The notes beneath the pieces were generated by a model. The model was not told the origin of the DNA. It made no database searches and saw only the letters and a program-made list of their open reading frames with translations. DNA of 34,985 nucleotides from Patescibacteria group bacterium (lineage in GTDB: Bacteria; Patescibacteriota; Minisyncoccia; Phycocordibacterales; UBA12079). The stretch lies in the NCBI GenBank assembly GCA_043812415.1, contig JBDRMF010000015.1:1-34985 (forward strand), read 5' to 3'. Position numbers and translations under genes: made by a program. Shown here in pieces: positions 33,082 to 34,985 of this stretch. How positions within the stretch are numbered: the stretch's first letter is position 1; the number at the start of each line of letters is the position of its first letter.

Positions 33082-33456
33082 ATGAAAAAAATAATGATAG
33101 TTGATGATGAACCAAAGATGCGGAATTTATTAAAAGCATTTCTGCAGAAAGAATACATTGTCTTCTCTGCAGGAAGGGGTGATGAGGCCTGGAAAATTTT
33201 AGGTAATCCCAAATTGATTTTCAAGCCCGACCTTTTGATTACAGATGTTGAGATGCCTGGGGAAATAAATGGACTCCAATTGGCCAAGCAGACCAAAGAA
33301 ATCTTTCCTGCCTTGCCCATTATTGTGATGACCGGATTGTTGAGCAAAGGGATTGTTCTCCCCCCCAAAAACGGAGGCGCGGATGTTTATTTGGGGAAAC
33401 CCTTTCGGTTAGCTTTCTTGGACAAAATGATAAAAAAACTACTGGGCTTATCATAA
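33082..33456 (+). CDS. stand-alone CheY-like response regulator receiver domain
   Basis: 124 aa from the SD-preceded ATG. It has the acidic pair in IVDDEP, phospho-acceptor D in LLITDVEMPG, T in VMTG and K in LGKPF. There is no output domain and no counterpart in block A. Confidence 0.85.
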   Translation: MKKIMIVDDEPKMRNLLKAFLQKEYIVFSAGRGDEAWKILGNPKLIFKPDLLITDVEMPGEINGLQLAKQTKEIFPALPIIVMTGLLSKGIVLPPKNGGADVYLGKPFRLAFLDKMIKKLLGLS

Positions 33457-33488
33457 TCAGACCCAGAATAAATTTTGTTGTCTATTTT

Positions 33489-33525
33489 CGGCGTCCACCT
33501 TTGGTGGACGCCGTTTTCTTTTTTA
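33489..33525. terminator. bidirectional terminator between the receiver gene and Ada-like gene copy B
   Basis: 11-bp GC-rich stem CGGCGTCCACC/GGTGGACGCCG with loop TTT, followed by TTTTCTTTTTT. Confidence 0.7.
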
Positions 33526-33909
33526 TATTCCTTTGCAATTGCTGGCTGGAGTGTAACCCGCTTTTTCGGCTTCTTCTTTTGAATTAAACCAAATTTGATT
33601 TTCTTCTTTTATTCTTTGCGCGCCTGAACACCACGGCGCGTGGTATTTGTCGCTGTTTTTGGAAGCGACATATTTTCCCCCGAGAACTAATGCGGGGACA
33701 TCTGTTTCTATCGGAACTAAAACTGAAGCCAAATTGGCGTTTTGAATGGAAAGTGGAATTTTGTTTTCTTCCAGCGCGGATAAATGCCCCAAGGCGAACG
33801 AACTTAAAGATGATAAAATTAAAACCGAAACGACAAAAACAGCCTTATTTTCCAAAACCCTCTCCCCCGCCCGCTTGATTTTATTTAACTTTTCCTTTAT
33901 ACTCTGCAT
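33523..33909 (-). CDS. membrane-anchored protein with C-terminal Ada-like Cys/His domain, copy B
   Basis: 128 aa with the same N-terminus (MQSIKEKLNKIK) and the same C-terminal domain (KYHAPWCSGAQRIKEENQIWFNSKEEAEKAGYTPASNCKGI) as copy A. Confidence 0.55.
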   Translation of the reverse strand: MQSIKEKLNKIKRAGERVLENKAVFVVSVLILSSLSSFALGHLSALEENKIPLSIQNANLASVLVPIETDVPALVLGGKYVASKNSDKYHAPWCSGAQRIKEENQIWFNSKEEAEKAGYTPASNCKGI

Positions 33910-33911
33910 GA

Positions 33912-33933
33912 TTTGATATTATAATAATATCAA
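33912..33933. promoter_or_regulatory. conserved palindrome at the Ada-like gene start (copy B)
   Basis: TTTGATATT-ATAA-TAATATCAAA region, with 9-bp arms TTTGATATT/AATATCAAA. The minus strand carries TATAAT 8 nt before the ATG at 33909. Confidence 0.4.
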
Positions 33934-33962
33934 ACTTAATTCATAATTCATAATACTTAATC

Positions 33963-34235
33963 ATGGCGCATAAAAAAGCCGCCGGGTCGGCAAAAAATTT
34001 TAGAGATTCCGGACCGCAATATCTGGGAACAAAATTATATGACGGGCAAACGGCAAAAACCGGTTCCATTTTGGTTCGCCAAAGAGGAACAAAAATTTTG
34101 GCCGGAAAAAATGTAGGCATTGGAAAGGACCACACGCTTTTTGCTTTGAAAGAAGGACAAGTGAAATTTACCGAAAAAAGAAAACTGAATTTTGACAGTT
34201 CTAAAAGGCGAAAAAAAGTCGCGAATGTTTTCTAA
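33963..34235 (+). CDS. rpmA: 50S ribosomal protein L27, copy B
   Basis: 90 aa, with 70 of 90 residues identical to copy A by hand alignment and no gaps. Confidence 0.93.
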   Translation: MAHKKAAGSAKNFRDSGPQYLGTKLYDGQTAKTGSILVRQRGTKILAGKNVGIGKDHTLFALKEGQVKFTEKRKLNFDSSKRRKKVANVF

Positions 34236-34299
34236 AAAACGCGAAATAAAAAAACCGCAAAATTAATTTTGCGGTTTTTTTATTTCGCGTTTTTTAGAA
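34230..34299. terminator. 70-nt perfect palindrome (bidirectional terminator) overlapping the rpmA copy B stop codon
   Basis: Positions 34230-34299 are perfectly self-complementary (checked base by base), centred on AATT/AATT. A/T tracts on both sides suit termination in both directions. Confidence 0.8.
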
Positions 34300-34343
34300 T
34301 TATAAATTGTAGATTGTAAATTGTAAATTAAAAATCACGAGAA

Positions 34344-34375
34344 AAATTTGCTCCGCCAGCTGGCGGAGCGAATTT
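34344..34375 (-). terminator. rho-independent terminator of rplI copy B
   Basis: Stem AAATTTGCTCCGCC / GGCGGAGCGAATTT with one mismatch and loop AGCT. On the minus strand it is followed by TTTTTCTC. Confidence 0.6.
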
Positions 34376-34412
34376 TACTCATGATTCATAATACTTAATT
34401 CATAATTCATCA

Positions 34413-34859
34413 TCATTTTTCTTCGGCTTTGATATTTAAACTCAATTCGGTTTCTTCTTCTCCTATTTTAATTTTAACTTTGTGCTCCCCCGCTATCTTG
34501 ATGGGTTTCTCCAATTCTAAAATTTTTGGATTTATGTTCAAACCCGTTTTTTCCTGAATGGCTTGGGCTATTTCCTTTTTGTCTAAACTGGCGAATAATT
34601 TTCCCTCTTTATTGGCTTTCGCTTTTATTTCAATCGGTTTTTTCAATTTTCCAAGTTTATTCTTTAATTCCGCTATTTCAGCGTTTTTGGTTTCTTCCTC
34701 TTTTTTCCTCTCCGCTTCTAATTCTTTAATGGCTTGTTTAGTCGCTAAACGCGCCAATCTTTGAGGCAATAAAAAATTGAGCGCGTATCCGTCGGACGCG
34801 TTTTTGACTTCAAATTTTTTGCCAAATTTGGCGACATCTTGCAATAAAATAATTTTCAT
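34413..34859 (-). CDS. rplI: 50S ribosomal protein L9, copy B
   Basis: 148 aa with the N-terminal MKIILLQDVAKFGKKFEVKNASDGYALNFLLPQR, collinear with copy A. Confidence 0.9.
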   Translation of the reverse strand: MKIILLQDVAKFGKKFEVKNASDGYALNFLLPQRLARLATKQAIKELEAERKKEEETKNAEIAELKNKLGKLKKPIEIKAKANKEGKLFASLDKKEIAQAIQEKTGLNINPKILELEKPIKIAGEHKVKIKIGEEETELSLNIKAEEK

Positions 34860-34985
34860 ATCTAAACAATCAGTAGGTTCATTTTATCTTTTTTGAGCAA
34901 AAAAGCAATAACTAACAACTTTTGGACGTTGGACGTCCAAAAATGTCCAAAAACTAACAACTTTTGGATATCCAATGTCCAAAAA

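Overview
This is an AT-rich bacterial window. Its gene repertoire and word-like intergenic repeats suggest a small-genome uncultivated lineage such as Patescibacteria/CPR, but that is inference only.

- **Left end:** a compact type II restriction-modification cassette. An XRE-type controller gene and a putative nuclease converge on two DNA methyltransferases of different classes.
- **Block A (3.6-11.0 kb):** ftsW, murG, gltX, a coiled-coil M23 peptidase, a membrane protein, a 39-aa micro-ORF, conserved non-coding boxes, a membrane-anchored Ada-like Cys protein, rpmA and rplI.
- **Centre:** an S41 C-terminal processing protease, corA, cysS, RNase R, a P-type cation ATPase, rmuC, a Phd/RelE-type toxin-antitoxin pair and groES-groEL.
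- **Block B (26.7-34.9 kb):** a second, diverged and visibly more GC-rich copy of the whole ftsW-to-rplI block (L27 is 70/90 identical by hand alignment). Block B differs in three ways:
  - A 258-nt repeat insertion coincides with loss of the murG ATG.
  - It carries an extra stand-alone receiver gene.
  - It has long perfect palindromic terminators.

Intergenic DNA is packed with families of short perfect hairpins and word-like repeats that recur across the window. I found no rRNA, tRNA, CRISPR array or transposase gene by eye. All motif calls, alignments and identities were done by hand, and no database search or folding was possible.
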